Shown here: positions 1 through 12,502 of the stretch, one piece after another | How the letters are laid out: every line of letters starts with the position of its first letter | Numbering within the stretch: the stretch's first letter is position 1 | NCBI RefSeq assembly: GCF_027921745.1 | Contig: NC_079238.1 | Span: 3,782,001 to 3,846,000 of the forward strand | Direction of reading: 5' to 3' | Length of the DNA stretch: 64,000 nt | Source: Schizosaccharomyces osmophilus | Lineage: Eukaryota | Notes under the pieces: model-generated | Database searches by the model: none | Seen by the model: the letters and a program-made list of their open reading frames with translations, nothing else | What the model was told of the DNA's origin: nothing | Program-made: the position numbers and the translations under genes

Positions 1-972
1 AGGGTTGTCTGGCGAAACTCTACACTTTTGTCAGCGTAATATTTGTTACCGCAGCATTTTGTTACTTTCTCTTAATGTTTGATGTGGATAAAATCATGGT
101 AGGATTCATATTTAAGAACAATGGTTTGAAAACTTAAATAATTTATTAACATTCGAATGCGTACAGTAAAAAGGTTGGTATTTATTCATTCTTTAATACA
201 TATTTGAAGATTTAATGTCGATTCCTACTATATATACTAGATGCGTATGCTAAGAATGTATTATAAGTGTATAACACTGTCATAACTGGTATACGATATT
301 ACTAATATCTTGATACAATAAATGTATTGTATTATCAAATACGTTATTACAAAACTAAATGTTCATTTTTGCGATTGAAAATTTTATAAATCTAGAACTA
401 AGGTTATATAGAAGCTGACTAATCCTAGAAAGATATATATACCTCTAATGGAAAGCTCAAATCTTCAGATTGGAAGATTTGACTGATCTAGCTAAATAAA
501 ATTGTTCATACAACTTACTTAGTGAATCAGATCCCTGGAAGCTGTTACTATTCTTCTATAGTACAAAAGTATCCAATTTAAAAGTCAAACATACAATTTT
601 ATGAATTGTTATTACTTACATCTTTTCCACTGAATACTTATTCTCATAACAAGTGAGATTCGTCCTGTGACAAACACAAGGAGTTTCATATTCCATAATG
701 CCATTGTACGTTCTAACTTTTCATTTTCGTAGAGTGAGAGTAAATTGGTCAATCGACCTGTAATTATATACAGTAAAGCATATCATAGGAGTATTTTTTA
801 ATGTTGCAAATATTTAAGTTATTCTCATATCATGAATCATTTAAGATCCTTCAATTGTTATTATCATTAAATTTGTTTATAAAACGAGGAATTAAGATGT
901 TCCATAATTCCCCAAACAATTAGTATCATTAGCTGAACATTGTAAATAATATACAGATCCTTAAGGGATGTT

Positions 973-3117
973 TTAAACAGAGTGAGCAGGACTTCCAGGA
1001 CGAAGAATAGATGATGCACGACTAGCTGGCATCAACAAAGGCTCTCTTTCTGACGCCCACATTTTCTGTTGGTAAATTTTGTAAGTTTTGTAACCACTAC
1101 TACTAAACACAGCAGCAGTAAAGAATCCAAGCAGAGAAACTCCAAAAGTTTTCCAGCTCGCGTCTCGCCTTGTAGGGATTGGAGATCGCACAAAGTAGAC
1201 ATGGCCGCAACTAGAGAAACCGCTTTCTTCTATATGTACCCACGGTCCATTATCAACTGACAAAAGAGAGTCATGGATAACGAACGACTTCTTCCCAGTA
1301 TCAATGATGTGTCGGTCGGCGAAAGAAAAGTCCTTTGTTTTTAAATCCGAGGCGGATAAAGGAGGAACCACAATGAACAATCCCTGGTCCAGCATGTCAG
1401 ATAGTCCTTGTTTTTCAAGCAAGCTTAAAAATTCTTGTCTTCCTCCAGCAATAATCATGCTGCGTTGCGATATAGGGAAAGGAACGACTAATCTGCTCAA
1501 GATGTGAACGACACCTTCTTGGACCAACATGTCACGCGTTTGCACATCGTACGGAAGACCATTTATATATATTATATCGGTATTCTCAGCCTCACTTTCA
1601 ATCATAATACTTTTACCAGATATGGTCGTATAATTACCAGAAGTCCAAGAATCCTCACTTGACCCGAAATAATGTTTTCCCTGAAAAACGTACTCAAGAA
1701 ACAGATTTTGCATCATTTCCATATTATTCTCTAATGCTTTTCGTACAAGCCCCAGCTTCATCCAAGCATCATTTTCAACCAAAAACCAAGTACTATTGGG
1801 ATCCTCTCCAAGACCGAGCGCAGCTAGATATCGTACACTCATAGAAATTTCATCCAATAAAATGAGTTGGGAGAGCAAAGGTCTTGGGGGCTCAATGTCT
1901 TTTTCAATAAGAAACAAACTTACGTTGCCGATCGTCTCCCGATCAATAGAATGCGAGTCGAAATTAACGTATAATGCTCCCGTCGTATCTGTAGCAACTC
2001 TTATTAAAGCGCTATGTTCATCATGGCTCTTAGAATTCGTCTTGGACAAGTAATATTTATTTACTTTGGGCATATAAAAGTTTTCCATTATATGGTAATC
2101 GATATCAGAGGTTTCACGGAAAGCCCAGTTCGTAGGTGCAAAGATTCCTCTGTATGATGATGTATCCGCAGCTATATACTCCCTTTTTTGAGAAACTTTT
2201 TCACTAAACCAGGTTGCTCCTAAGCCTATCAAGTATTTAGCGGGTGTAAACACAATGACCTCGGGATTTAGGAGAGCTGGTAAAACGTGTATAGCACCAT
2301 TGCGGGTGACTAAATCAAAATTATAGGAAGGAGTGTCATTAAAATATAAAATTTTACTGGGCTTGTCGTATTGTAATGTCACGACAACTCCATTTCTTAA
2401 AGTAAAATTCTTGGGCTCAACAACGTCGTCAGCGTACACTCTTTCATGGATGACAGAATGCTGATTAAAAAGAGTTTTTACATCTTCAGTTGCATAAATT
2501 GAGTACATATAGCTTAGCTCTGTATTTGTAAACGTATTGATGAATACACTTGTTGTAGGAACAAACAAGGTAGTTGATTCATATTCACCAACCCAGGCAG
2601 AAGACAAGCGGTAAAATATGCTATATTCGCTTTCCGAACTAAGAATATCCAACGAACTAGGTGGAAGAGTGAGAAGTTGATCCACGACTTGAACGATACC
2701 GCTGTCGGCTTGCCAGTTGGGTTTGACGATGTAAACGTCGTTTACGAGGTCATAGGGGTTATTCGAATCCCCTTTATGTGTAACTTTTAAGGCAATTGGT
2801 AAGCCGTCGGCTGCTTTAAGCTCAGTAGGGAAGACTGTACGATTGAAATCCGTCGTATTCAATACGTGGTACGGCCATACTGGATCAACGGTATCACCAC
2901 GAAACGCTTCGTTTAAAGGAGCAAAGAATGTTAATCCTTTATTTCGATTCAAATAAGGAATAAAATGATCCTGCTGTAGATGCCTTATTAAATGAAAGAA
3001 GTTGGGACTTGAAGATAGTAAATCAACAATTGACGTTGATTCACTATGCAATGCAGCCTGTACAGGAATCAAGGAAAAGATGAAATATATATATATAATA
3101 TTGCTCCAAAACAACAT
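973..3117 (-). CDS. fsc1: Fasciclin-domain membrane protein Fsc1 (autophagosome-vacuole fusion)
   Basis: Repeated FAS1 motifs (TFFAPLNEAF, TLFVPT, GIFAPTNWAF, NGAIHVL, GVVHIL), an N-terminal signal-like stretch and a C-terminal TM helix. The first ATG is at 3117; the ORF track starts at an upstream TTG. Confidence 0.9.
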   Translation of the reverse strand: MLFWSNIIYIYFIFSLIPVQAALHSESTSIVDLLSSSPNFFHLIRHLQQDHFIPYLNRNKGLTFFAPLNEAFRGDTVDPVWPYHVLNTTDFNRTVFPTELKAADGLPIALKVTHKGDSNNPYDLVNDVYIVKPNWQADSGIVQVVDQLLTLPPSSLDILSSESEYSIFYRLSSAWVGEYESTTLFVPTTSVFINTFTNTELSYMYSIYATEDVKTLFNQHSVIHERVYADDVVEPKNFTLRNGVVVTLQYDKPSKILYFNDTPSYNFDLVTRNGAIHVLPALLNPEVIVFTPAKYLIGLGATWFSEKVSQKREYIAADTSSYRGIFAPTNWAFRETSDIDYHIMENFYMPKVNKYYLSKTNSKSHDEHSALIRVATDTTGALYVNFDSHSIDRETIGNVSLFLIEKDIEPPRPLLSQLILLDEISMSVRYLAALGLGEDPNSTWFLVENDAWMKLGLVRKALENNMEMMQNLFLEYVFQGKHYFGSSEDSWTSGNYTTISGKSIMIESEAENTDIIYINGLPYDVQTRDMLVQEGVVHILSRLVVPFPISQRSMIIAGGRQEFLSLLEKQGLSDMLDQGLFIVVPPLSASDLKTKDFSFADRHIIDTGKKSFVIHDSLLSVDNGPWVHIEESGFSSCGHVYFVRSPIPTRRDASWKTFGVSLLGFFTAAVFSSSGYKTYKIYQQKMWASEREPLLMPASRASSILRPGSPAHSV

Positions 3118-3910
3118 CGCATTTCTTCGTATCAATGACCGTCTGATGTTTGAAGTTGGGTGTGTAGTAGAGGTAAATTGAAAACATCCCGAAATAATAT
3201 TTATAGAGCGGCTATGCGCTATAAGGGATTTCTTATTAGATTCATTTATTTATGTTTATTGAGACTTTTGTTTACCACAAAATGAACGACGGGCATATTT
3301 ATCGCCCTGTAAACAATGTATATATAGTCAACGATAAGTGCTTAGCTATATTCCTGTACAATTCCTTTCTCTGTCAATTTTTAATGGCTCCATCCATCAT
3401 TTGCTTTCCTTTAGCTTTCCAAAAAATGATGCTTTCTTCTTGATTGAAAGAAATGTCTTAGGGATCTGGCTTGCTTAAAATTTTACTAATAAATATGAAT
3501 TGTCTAAAATTCTTCAAAATATCCTTCAATGTCTTTCGATTTGAATTGTTTTGGTTCTACAAGTAGCTCTGTAATATCAAATGTGAGGATCTATAACACC
3601 AAAAATAGTCTTTCATTTACTCAACTAAAACAAAAAGAGTCATTTTTTCTGTTTGCCTCAACTATTAGCAACGTATGGTTCTTTGCTTGGTAGAATACTC
3701 TTTTCTTGTTTTAAACCATTTATATGTTTATTAGTATACTAAAACGAACCGCCTTATAAAGCTAACAACACCACTAAAGGCTTTTAGAAAGTGCGTTCCA
3801 TCTCGCTTCATTAATGTCTTGTTCACAATTTAAAAACCCTGTAATTTACCCATTCTTGGCATATTGCTAATTTCTTTTCAAACGGCACTGTGATTTAGAC
3901 ATCCTTAAAA

Positions 3911-4573
3911 ATGGCAGCAATGACAGATGTTACAGACCCTACCTCCGTTGCTATGGAGTTGGGTAGCGAAAAAATCACAATTGTACGTGAGTGAGGTTCT
4001 GTAGAAGCATTGAAGGTGTCTGATTCCAATTTTCTACGTCTATGAAATGAAGTGTATTAAGCGTATGGTATACTAATGAGTTTACTAGTTGCCTGGCCAT
4101 TCTGCAGATTTTACGTCTGTCACATTCCAAATTTTAAAAGAAGATCATACTTTGGGAAACTCCCTTCGTTATATGATCATGAAAAAGTAAGGAATTAAAT
4201 ACAAATGGAATACTTACTGACTTTTTTTTCTTAGTCCTGAGGTCGAATTCTGTGGTTATTCGATCCCTCATCCCTCAGAAGCCAAGATGAATCTTCGAAT
4301 CCAGACACTTCGTAAGTAAAAAGCAAAGAAAAGGGACTTTGAATTGAAAAAGCTGAAATAAGTGGTTCGTTACTTATCACATCTTATCTTTTCAGGATGT
4401 TCTCTTGATCGGTTTATCAATGTAGCTAACCTTTTCTCTTTGTAGCCAGCACAACGGCAGTTGAAGCACTCAAGAAGGGATTGGATGATTTGATGGATCT
4501 TTGCGATGTTGTTACAGACTCTTTCAATAAGGAGCTTCAGAACAAGGATCAATCTATGCAGATTGACGCTTAA
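3911..4573 (+). CDS. rpc19: RNA polymerase I/III shared subunit AC19; 4 exons, missed by the ORF track
   Basis: Exons 3911-3982, 4089-4186, 4235-4311 and 4446-4573 splice to ...[40 protein letters not shown]..., the RpoL/AC19 signature. Confidence 0.95.
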
Positions 4574-5033
4574 GTTGCCTGTAAGCAACAAGTTCCTATG
4601 TTTCCTTTGGGATGCTGCTGAGGAAAAGCATGCATGGCTTTATATGTATGTGTTAGTCTCTCTCATTGGATCATTCGTTTAGTTTTTGTCAAATATAATT
4701 ATGGGATTTTGGTTGAAAGCGACTGCTTGGGAATTTTTGTAGTTTCATTCTCATTGAAATTTCTGATTGTGAATATCAAGTACACTTAGTATTATGAACC
4801 GATTTTCTTTTCTTTTCATAGTCTGTCAATAATGTAACGAATAATCCTCGATCAAGTGTATTAAGAAGACAACAAACAAAAATTAGATTTGCTGTACTTA
4901 AGTACTAAACATTGCTTTCCATTTTTCCTTTTCTACTTTTTTACACATTACTAGATGCTCAATTCTTCTTAGTACTAAGGTACCTCTTCCTTAAACATCG
5001 CCGAACGGCAAGTCTATCGAAATATACATTTTC

Positions 5034-5864
5034 ATGATCCATACATTCCTTGTTTCTACCTGCTATACTTGTTTGTACATTGGATCCCTATACATCTTTG
5101 CAGTAGGAAGACCAAAGCCTGGTTTGGTTCGTAATAATCCAAATGTTGTTTTGGCACGATGCATTGGAGTAATCATTGCGTCTTTTCTATCTTGTTTCTT
5201 TACAAATTGGTTATGTAATATTAATCCCCTTGTTTCTTTCGATTTCAAACAGACTGTAAAATGCCTGTTGCATGTAGGAATCCTATTTTTGGGGCCATTA
5301 TATCAGACGATCTTCATTGACAAATTGTACAAGGACTGTATAGAATATCTATTTTTTGAAATTAGGAATTTAGCGACTTGGCGGAACCTAGTTATTGTAC
5401 GTGACTAGCATAACTTTTATTCTTTTCGAGCATATCATATACTGACTTATTAGGGGCCTCTATCAGAAGAGGTAATGTTTCGCTGTGCCATGATTCCTTT
5501 ATTTGAAAGAGCAAACTACTCTCGGAAAGAAACCATCCTCTCGGCGCCCTTTCTCTTCGGGTTTGCTCACTTTCATCATTCCTACGAACTTTTGCTGAGT
5601 TACCCGGGAGCATATGTGATTGCAATGGTACAATTCCTAGTGCAATTCTTCTACACAACATTATTTGGATGGTATAGCACGTATGTATTTCTACAGACTC
5701 ATAGCTTATGGCCTACATTTCTAATTCACTCTTTTTGCAACTTTATGGGATTGCCCGTATTTTACGGAAGAATTGGAACAACTTTTCAGACGACTATCTA
5801 CTATACTCTACTAATCACCGGCCTCTTTCTTTTTGTCATTACCTGGAATATGTTTTATTCGTAA
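5034..5864 (+). CDS. rce1: CAAX prenyl protease Rce1; 2 exons
   Basis: Intron 5397-5453 joins WRNLVI to GPLSEEVMFR. FGFAHFHH and HSFCN motifs of type II CAAX proteases are present. Confidence 0.93.
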
Positions 5865-5932
5865 ATTTCGGTATTAAATAGGTATTTAGCCTCCATATTT
5901 TCTTTTTTTTGTAAAGGTAATGAAAAAAATTA

Positions 5933-7111
5933 TTATATCACAAATGCCTGTTGATTCATTTGTGATTTGGCTAGACGACAGACAAGCGCACTCAATTGAA
6001 GCAATGTCTGTACTCCTTCCAAAACAATCATATGCGTAGTTCCAATTTCCTTAAGCATTTCCAACCGACTAAATTCTGGTATCTCATTCATTGTTTTCAC
6101 AACACGAAACATGTTTGTGACGATGTCCACTGCACTGTAGCCAAGGCCCCATACGTCTTTCAGCTTTGCCAAAGCCGTATCGATGTCGCCAGAATGACAA
6201 GCTTGAAGAATCGCATAGATGGCTACAGGAGACGGCTGGTCTGCCACCCGAAAGACATTTTCCCCGTTGACTAAGTCGAAGCCCGACACTGTGCTTTGTA
6301 AATTGTTGACGGCCTGTCGCATATCACCTTCTGCAGTCATAATAAGAGCGGCCATACCATCATCCGTATATGTTACATTTTCCAATTTACATATTTCAAG
6401 CAAACGCTGCAAGACTTGTTGTTCTGTTAACCTCGAGTATCTCAAAATAGCACAACGAGATTGGATGGGCTCAATAATTTTGTTGGATTGATTGCAGGCT
6501 AGAGCAAATCTTGTCGTGTTGCTATAAATCTCCATTGTTCTTCGTAAAGCTTGCTGTGCGCCTGCCGTCATACTATCTGCTTCATCGAGGATGATTATTT
6601 TGTGACGACCTGGCGGAAGAATCACCTTTTTCTGGGCAAATCCTTTTATTTTGTTTCTAACAACGTCTATACCTCTCTCATCCGATGCATTAAGTTCTAG
6701 TATTCCCTCTCGACAGGCTGAACCCAAGAGCATATTTGCCAAGCAGATGATGGAAGTAGTTTTACCGATTCCTGGCATTCCCTTTTACGAATTAGTCGTA
6801 GTCAAAAGAGATTAACATACCGAAATAATCAGATGAGGCATATTGCCATCTTCAGCTATCACTTTTAAACGATCGACTGTTTCTTCATTTCCAACCACAT
6901 CATCAAGTACTACCGGTCTATACTTCTCAACCCTTTACCTTATGCATTAGCTATTTGTAATCAGAATATCTTAAGCCATCGTGCATTGGTACAAAGTCGT
7001 CATTTGACTTGGTTGACCATTAAAAGCGAAAAAACGATGCATTCGTCCCGTTTAAACTTACCAAGGTAATTCATATCGTACCGCATTTTTTGTTGCTGAA
7101 GAAGTAGACAT
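5933..7111 (-). CDS. rfc4: Replication factor C subunit Rfc4; 3 exons
   Basis: [33 protein letters not shown] and IQSRC motifs. Introns 6933-7061 and 6782-6820. Confidence 0.96.
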
Positions 7112-7171
7112 AACTGAATCACCCATTTTTGCGCACTGTCTACCTATGGGCAAGTATTCGGTGGAGGGTGG

Positions 7172-7475
7172 ACGCGTCCAAGTCTCAGCATCGAGTAGGA
7201 ATACAATACCTACTTTAAACGCAGTAAAACAAGAAGGAGAAAAGCAAAGAATCTACTTTGTATGAAAGACATTATTAACTTGAAGCGAAATACTGTTTAC
7301 CTTGAGCTCATGCGCGAAATGTAAATTAGGAGATCATTCCTTCACCAAAGGACCAACTTTGAAACATTTATATCTGTTTCGTTCGTTTTTTAAGTATTTT
7401 CTATAAACAGCGAACAATTAATGATATTTGATGGATGTAAAGCCCAAAACTGGTTTATTTTGTTTCATTTCGCGT
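7172..7475. promoter_or_regulatory. MCB-like (MBF) elements in the divergent rfc4/mcb1 promoter
   Basis: ACGCGT at 7172-7177, CGCGAAA at 7313-7319 and TTTCGCGT at 7468-7475, between two replication genes in a CpG-poor background. Confidence 0.5.
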
Positions 7476-7635
7476 ATACTGAGCTTAAAATATAAGCGAG
7501 ATTAGCATATAGCTTAAAACTGCTAAATTGGTTTGAGGATCAACGGCAAATTAATGAACAATCTCAATACATATATCTTTACAAAACCAATAGGTTTCCC
7601 TTTTTCTCTCCATTCAGCAAGAGGACAAGGAGAGT

Positions 7636-9202
7636 ATGGTAGCCCAATTATCCGAAGTTTTTTTAAAAGACCCACAATCGTTTCTTCAAAAGATTCAAGA
7701 TGCGTCTCTGTCAAATCCAGGTAAACCGGATCTTCAAGGCAGTTTAGGGATTGAGGAGGCGGTTTCCGATTTATTTTTAAATAAAGATGAATTAGAAAAA
7801 GTAAGTTATGCCTTTCAGTCTGGGTTTGGATGAAGGAACTAACGCTTAGATCCCAAATTTTGCCAGTTGTAATCCTAACGAGCTAAGATCCGGGCAATTG
7901 CTTAGATTACAAGGAATGATTCAAGATACAAACTTTGGACATGAGTTTTTTGCAGGAGCAATCAAAATGAACGATCAATATTGGCGAGGATGTCGCTACA
8001 TTCTCAGTTGCAGTGAAGATGAATCCTATGTGGATGAGAACAAAATGGTGCTTGACGAACGATACTCTTTGTTTTTAACTAATATTCCTGGCGAGCTGAA
8101 ATCCAACAAAGTAGATTCCTTGGATTCAGAAGAAGAGAATGAGCCGTATAAAGATCTGATCATGAAGTATTCCAATAGAACACTGGGAAAGGAAGATTTT
8201 GGCTTTTGCGTAAAATGCTATGGTGGAATGGAAACTCGACTTCGTGTTTGTCAAGCTGTCGACATGCTTGGTATGTACGAGGAGCCAAGCGAATATTCTG
8301 ATGGGCTTCCAATTCTTCATTTAATTACATTTGAAGATTTCAGGCAACCTTCTTCCATCACGTATCCATCTGAGGAAGAAGCTGAACATCTACGGTCAAA
8401 GCTGCTTACTCAATTCAACAAAATATTAGGAGATAATGTGGCATCCGAGTCGTTGCTGCTTTGTTTACTCTCCAACGTCGTTCATAGGGCAGACAGCTTT
8501 ATTGTTGGGTCTTTTAATTTAAACTTGACGAATTGCACACCAGAGCGTGCGTCAAGGATAATAAGCCTTTTAAAATATTTGACAAAAAGAACTGTTGTAC
8601 AAAAAGTAGACATCAATGAACTAAACAGGGAGCCACTATATCCCCGAAGTGATGGGGACACTCTATCGATCGGTCGTTTGCAATTGACACCAGGAACGTT
8701 ATTGATTTTAGATGAGACAGAACTTTCGAGCGGCACCTTGAATGATACAGGCGTTCGTAACGTCGCATTTTTATCCTTTCTCCTTTCTCAACAAGAGATT
8801 ACGTTTGCCTATCCCTTTAGTAGTTACAACATACAGACGGATGTAAGGATTATTGTCCTGAGTCATGGAAAGTCGATCTTGCCTGTAAATGCTGTCTACA
8901 CAAGCAAATTCGACGAGGCGTTAATGTCAAGCGAGACATCACTATCATCAGACGATTTGGAAGGATTATCGAATTATCTCAACCTGTGGACCCGCGCTAC
9001 CGACATACCAACGGATATGTTAGAGTTCATTCAATCCAATTATGTCCATTCGAGGCGAAGTGGTCTTCAGACAAATGAAAAAGTACTTTCTATTGAAATC
9101 AACTGCTCTCGTCTCTATGCAAAAAGTTTAGCCAGCAATTTGGTCTCGAGACAGCATTTTGAACAAGCATCCAGCTTAGTTGAACAATGGACAATTCCCT
9201 AA
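7636..9202 (+). CDS. mcb1: MCM-binding protein homolog Mcb1; 2 exons
   Basis: Intron 7801-7849 (GTAAGT...CTAAC...TAG). LRLQGMIQD and GRLQLTPGTLLILDETELSSGTLN are MCM-BP motifs; the position is syntenic. Confidence 0.92.
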
Positions 9203-9561
9203 AAACGACTGAAACGAGTGTGAACCACCTTCCGGTCTCAAGAAGCTTTGGTTTTTAAGTAGAATCACTTTATTATGTACATTAAAACTTATTATAATGA
9301 ATCCAGTTTCCTATTTCTACTCTTTCTTCTTTCTCCAGAAACTTTAACGAGCAGTAATGAATGCGGTAAAATCTTTTCACTGACGAATGCCTTTCTTATA
9401 TTCACCGTCCAGACGTAGGTACTAGTTCGAGAAATTCGTTCGAATTTGTCTTTCTTATACTAAATTCTGTATATAAATCTTCTTAAGCATCTTATCGAGT
9501 TCATACTTACACCGTTGCATATGTGGATGGCAAGGAAGTTCAATTTCATTTCGGAAACTCA

Positions 9562-11823
9562 ATGAACCAGGCAGACTTCTTGCAAGAGCTTCCAGTAGGT
9601 GTACGCTATATATTTGAATTAGCTGTACTAACTTTTTGTTAGCATGTATATAAACGGTTAGAATCTGGGCTTATTATACCCCAGCTAAAGGATATTTTAC
9701 GAGTATTTGGATTACGGCTGTCAGGCACAAAACCTGAACTTATTGCTCGAATCAAAGAGTTTGTCGAGAAAATCGCTATTAATAATGACATGAACACGTG
9801 GAATTCACTAAAAAAAGCAGTTGATGGAGACATTGCTGGTGCTATTTGTACATTACAATCTAATCTCTCGCAAATTTATCCTCAGACTTTGGCCGTCCCA
9901 CCTCCTGTAAATAACCCTGGTAATAGATCATATACTAGGCCGTTCGCTCCCGTTGTCCATTCTCGAATTCGTTTCCGGAAAACTCCATTCTACGATATAC
10001 TGGAACCGTTTAATACCCCTTTTACAATACCAGCATGCGTCGGTGCCCGTAATACAGTATCATTTTCTTTTCAATTGACACCGATGGCTCTTTCAAAATT
10101 GTTAAGTAACCCGAAGGAATTTCGAGTGTACTTTTTCTCGACCCCAACAGATACCATTGGTTTCGGTGAATGTTTAATGGAGTATCCTACTCCTCAAATG
10201 GAGCTTCGTGCCAATAATCAAGTCGCACATGCAAACTATCGTGGCTTGAAAGGAAGAAGTGGCACTACAAACCCAGCTGACATAACTGACTATATAACCA
10301 AATATGCTGGTCCTCCAGGAAATAATGTTGTTATATATTACATGAATGCCACGAAAAGGTACTCTGCTGTTGTTTCTCTCGTGAAGATGTATTCTGTTGA
10401 TCAATTGGTCGATGATGTCAAAAATCGAAAAATCGAGACGAAAGAAAAGATTGTGGATCGTATAAAAAGTGAAAATGAAGATACCGATATCATCGCAACT
10501 TCGACAGATATTTCTTTAAAATGCCCGCTGTCGTTTACTAGAATTTCTCTACCAGTAAGATCTAGTTTTTGCAAACATATTCAGTGCTTTGATGCTAGAG
10601 CATTTCTAGAAATGAATCAGCAAACCCCTTCATGGATGTGTCCTGTGTGTAATATACTTGTTCGTTATCCCGATTTGGTTGTTGATGGGTTCATGCAACA
10701 TATTTTGGAGAACAGTCCCAGCAACTCTGAAACAATTACTGTTGATCCTGTTGGAAATTGGAGTATGAATACGTTTGATGAAGAAAGTGAAAGTTCTGAA
10801 GAAGAAAACTTGCCAAAAGAACAGATTATAGAACTAAGCGACGAAGAGCGAAATGCTACACCTGCAAATCCTGGTGAACCTTCGAATGCACCAAAACGCA
10901 AGGCTTCACCTCCCCCTGCTAGCTCGACAAATAAGAAGAAACGAGAATCTTTGGTAATTGATCTCACTATCTCTGATGATGAAGAACCCGTAGCTATAAC
11001 GTCTCCTCCTAAATCAACCAAGAACGAGACTGATAAGTCTTTTTCAAAGCCAGCATCACCAAGCCCTGTTCAGAGAAGTGCTCAGGCATCATCATCCACT
11101 TCATCAGAAAACTTGCTGCTACCGAAAAATACTACGAATGGTATTTCTCAACGATCAACACCATCAAGCACCACCACGGTTCCCTCCACTACATCGACTT
11201 CCCAGAGATCCTTTAGTAACTATGAACCTAATTACGCACCTGGAAGAAATGCATATTCCAGCAAACGTCCGACAGAATCATTTCAAAGTTCTAGAGGGAT
11301 AAGTTTTCCTCCTGTCAACACTCCTCCTCCCAGACGTGATTACCGTTTAGGGAGTTTACCGGTTGATGACAGTCAGGCCTTATATCACCCTTCCATGTCA
11401 TCAAGGTCTTCAGCGCATACTAATACGCCAGGAGTCCAAACGTCCACTACTAGCGACCCTGCAAATTTGCTTATCAATGACTTAGTACTGCCTCCAATGG
11501 TGGTGGGTCGTACTAACAGCTCACCATCTATCAGGTCAAATACTAGGGAACCGCAACTATCAAACAGTTATACACCAAATCAACAAATGCTATACAATAA
11601 TATTCCGACCCGGCCACCCTTCACGATTCCGGAGTCAGATCGTGATCTGCTTAGCTATGATGATTTACGAAGGAGGCCAGTGCTAAGCTTACCTCGAATA
11701 CAGGAAACTCAACAGAGAAGACCCCCGCAGACGGCTGGACCACTGTGGAATGAAGAGGAAGATAACCGAATTAACTGGGATTCAGAATTTCATACTACAT
11801 ACCCGTTTAATAATCCTACTTAA
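9562..11823 (+). CDS. pli1: PIAS/Siz-type SUMO E3 ligase Pli1; 2 exons
   Basis: Intron 9595-9642. SAP domain, PINIT-like PADIT motif, SP-RING (SLKCPLS...CKHIQCFD...CPVC) and a SIM (VIDLT). Confidence 0.95.
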
Positions 11824-12037
11824 ATTGCGAGAGGGATGGTCGAGCGATTGGTACGGTGGTGCGTGTATGAAAAAAATGAAACGTATTTAGAATATGGGAA
11901 ATGATAATGGGATTTTCATTTAAGATATTAAAAGTGCAAAACAATTATTCTGCGTCTTTGTAACATAAGAACAACTATACAAACGTAGGGATGGATAAGC
12001 ATGAACTCAGATTTTATTTTCTACAAAAACACCACAT

Positions 12038-12442
12038 TTAAGCAGAGTTCTTCTTAGGGCGCTGAGAAGCAAGGATAGCAGAAGAACGAGCAATAGAAAC
12101 GTTCACAAGGTCAGGACGGTAACCAGTCTTGCCAACACGGTTAGCAACGCTCTTGTAGGTCTTACGAGAAGACTTGTTAGCAATAACATCAGTGCGGTAA
12201 AGCTTGGCGGGCTTTTGAGCGTTCTTGGGGTTGGTCTTGGAGACCATAACAACACCACGGGGGCTGTTAGCGTTGATACCAACGGCACGGTCGCTGCTAA
12301 GACCAGAGTAACGCTGAGAGTTCTTTCCGGTGACGTTGAAGGGCTCACGGTTCAATTGGATGCCACCGAATTCAGAGCGCTTAACCAAGAAGCGGTTGTT
12401 TTCACGGATAACTTGCCAGATGAGATCGTTGCTAACAGACAT
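12038..12442 (-). CDS. rpl44: 60S ribosomal protein eL28 (S. pombe name rpl44)
   Basis: MSVSNDLIWQVIRENNRFLVKR...REPFNVTGKNS is the L28e family signature. Codon usage is strongly biased; ATG at 12442. Confidence 0.93.
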   Translation of the reverse strand: MSVSNDLIWQVIRENNRFLVKRSEFGGIQLNREPFNVTGKNSQRYSGLSSDRAVGINANSPRGVVMVSKTNPKNAQKPAKLYRTDVIANKSSRKTYKSVANRVGKTGYRPDLVNVSIARSSAILASQRPKKNSA

Positions 12443-12494
12443 GGTGTGAGTGCTTGACAAGTTTCACTATAGACGCATGATACATTTAGTTTTG

Positions 12495-12502
12495 TGTGAC
12501 TG
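12495..12502 (-). promoter_or_regulatory. Homol D box (CAGTCACA) of the ribosomal protein gene promoter
   Basis: TGTGACTG on + reads CAGTCACA on -, about 53 nt upstream of the eL28 ATG, the typical position in fission yeast RP genes. Confidence 0.85.

Noticed and set aside
2870..2880. TACGGCCATAC resembles the 5' end of fission-yeast 5S rRNA (which would hint at a 5S-flanked wtf locus)
   Set aside because: Similarity stops after about 11 nt and lies inside the fsc1 CDS. No 5S gene or wtf-like ORF was seen in the window.
12103..12457. Alternative-frame and antisense ORFs over the eL28 gene
   Set aside because: An expected by-product of strong codon bias in a highly expressed gene.
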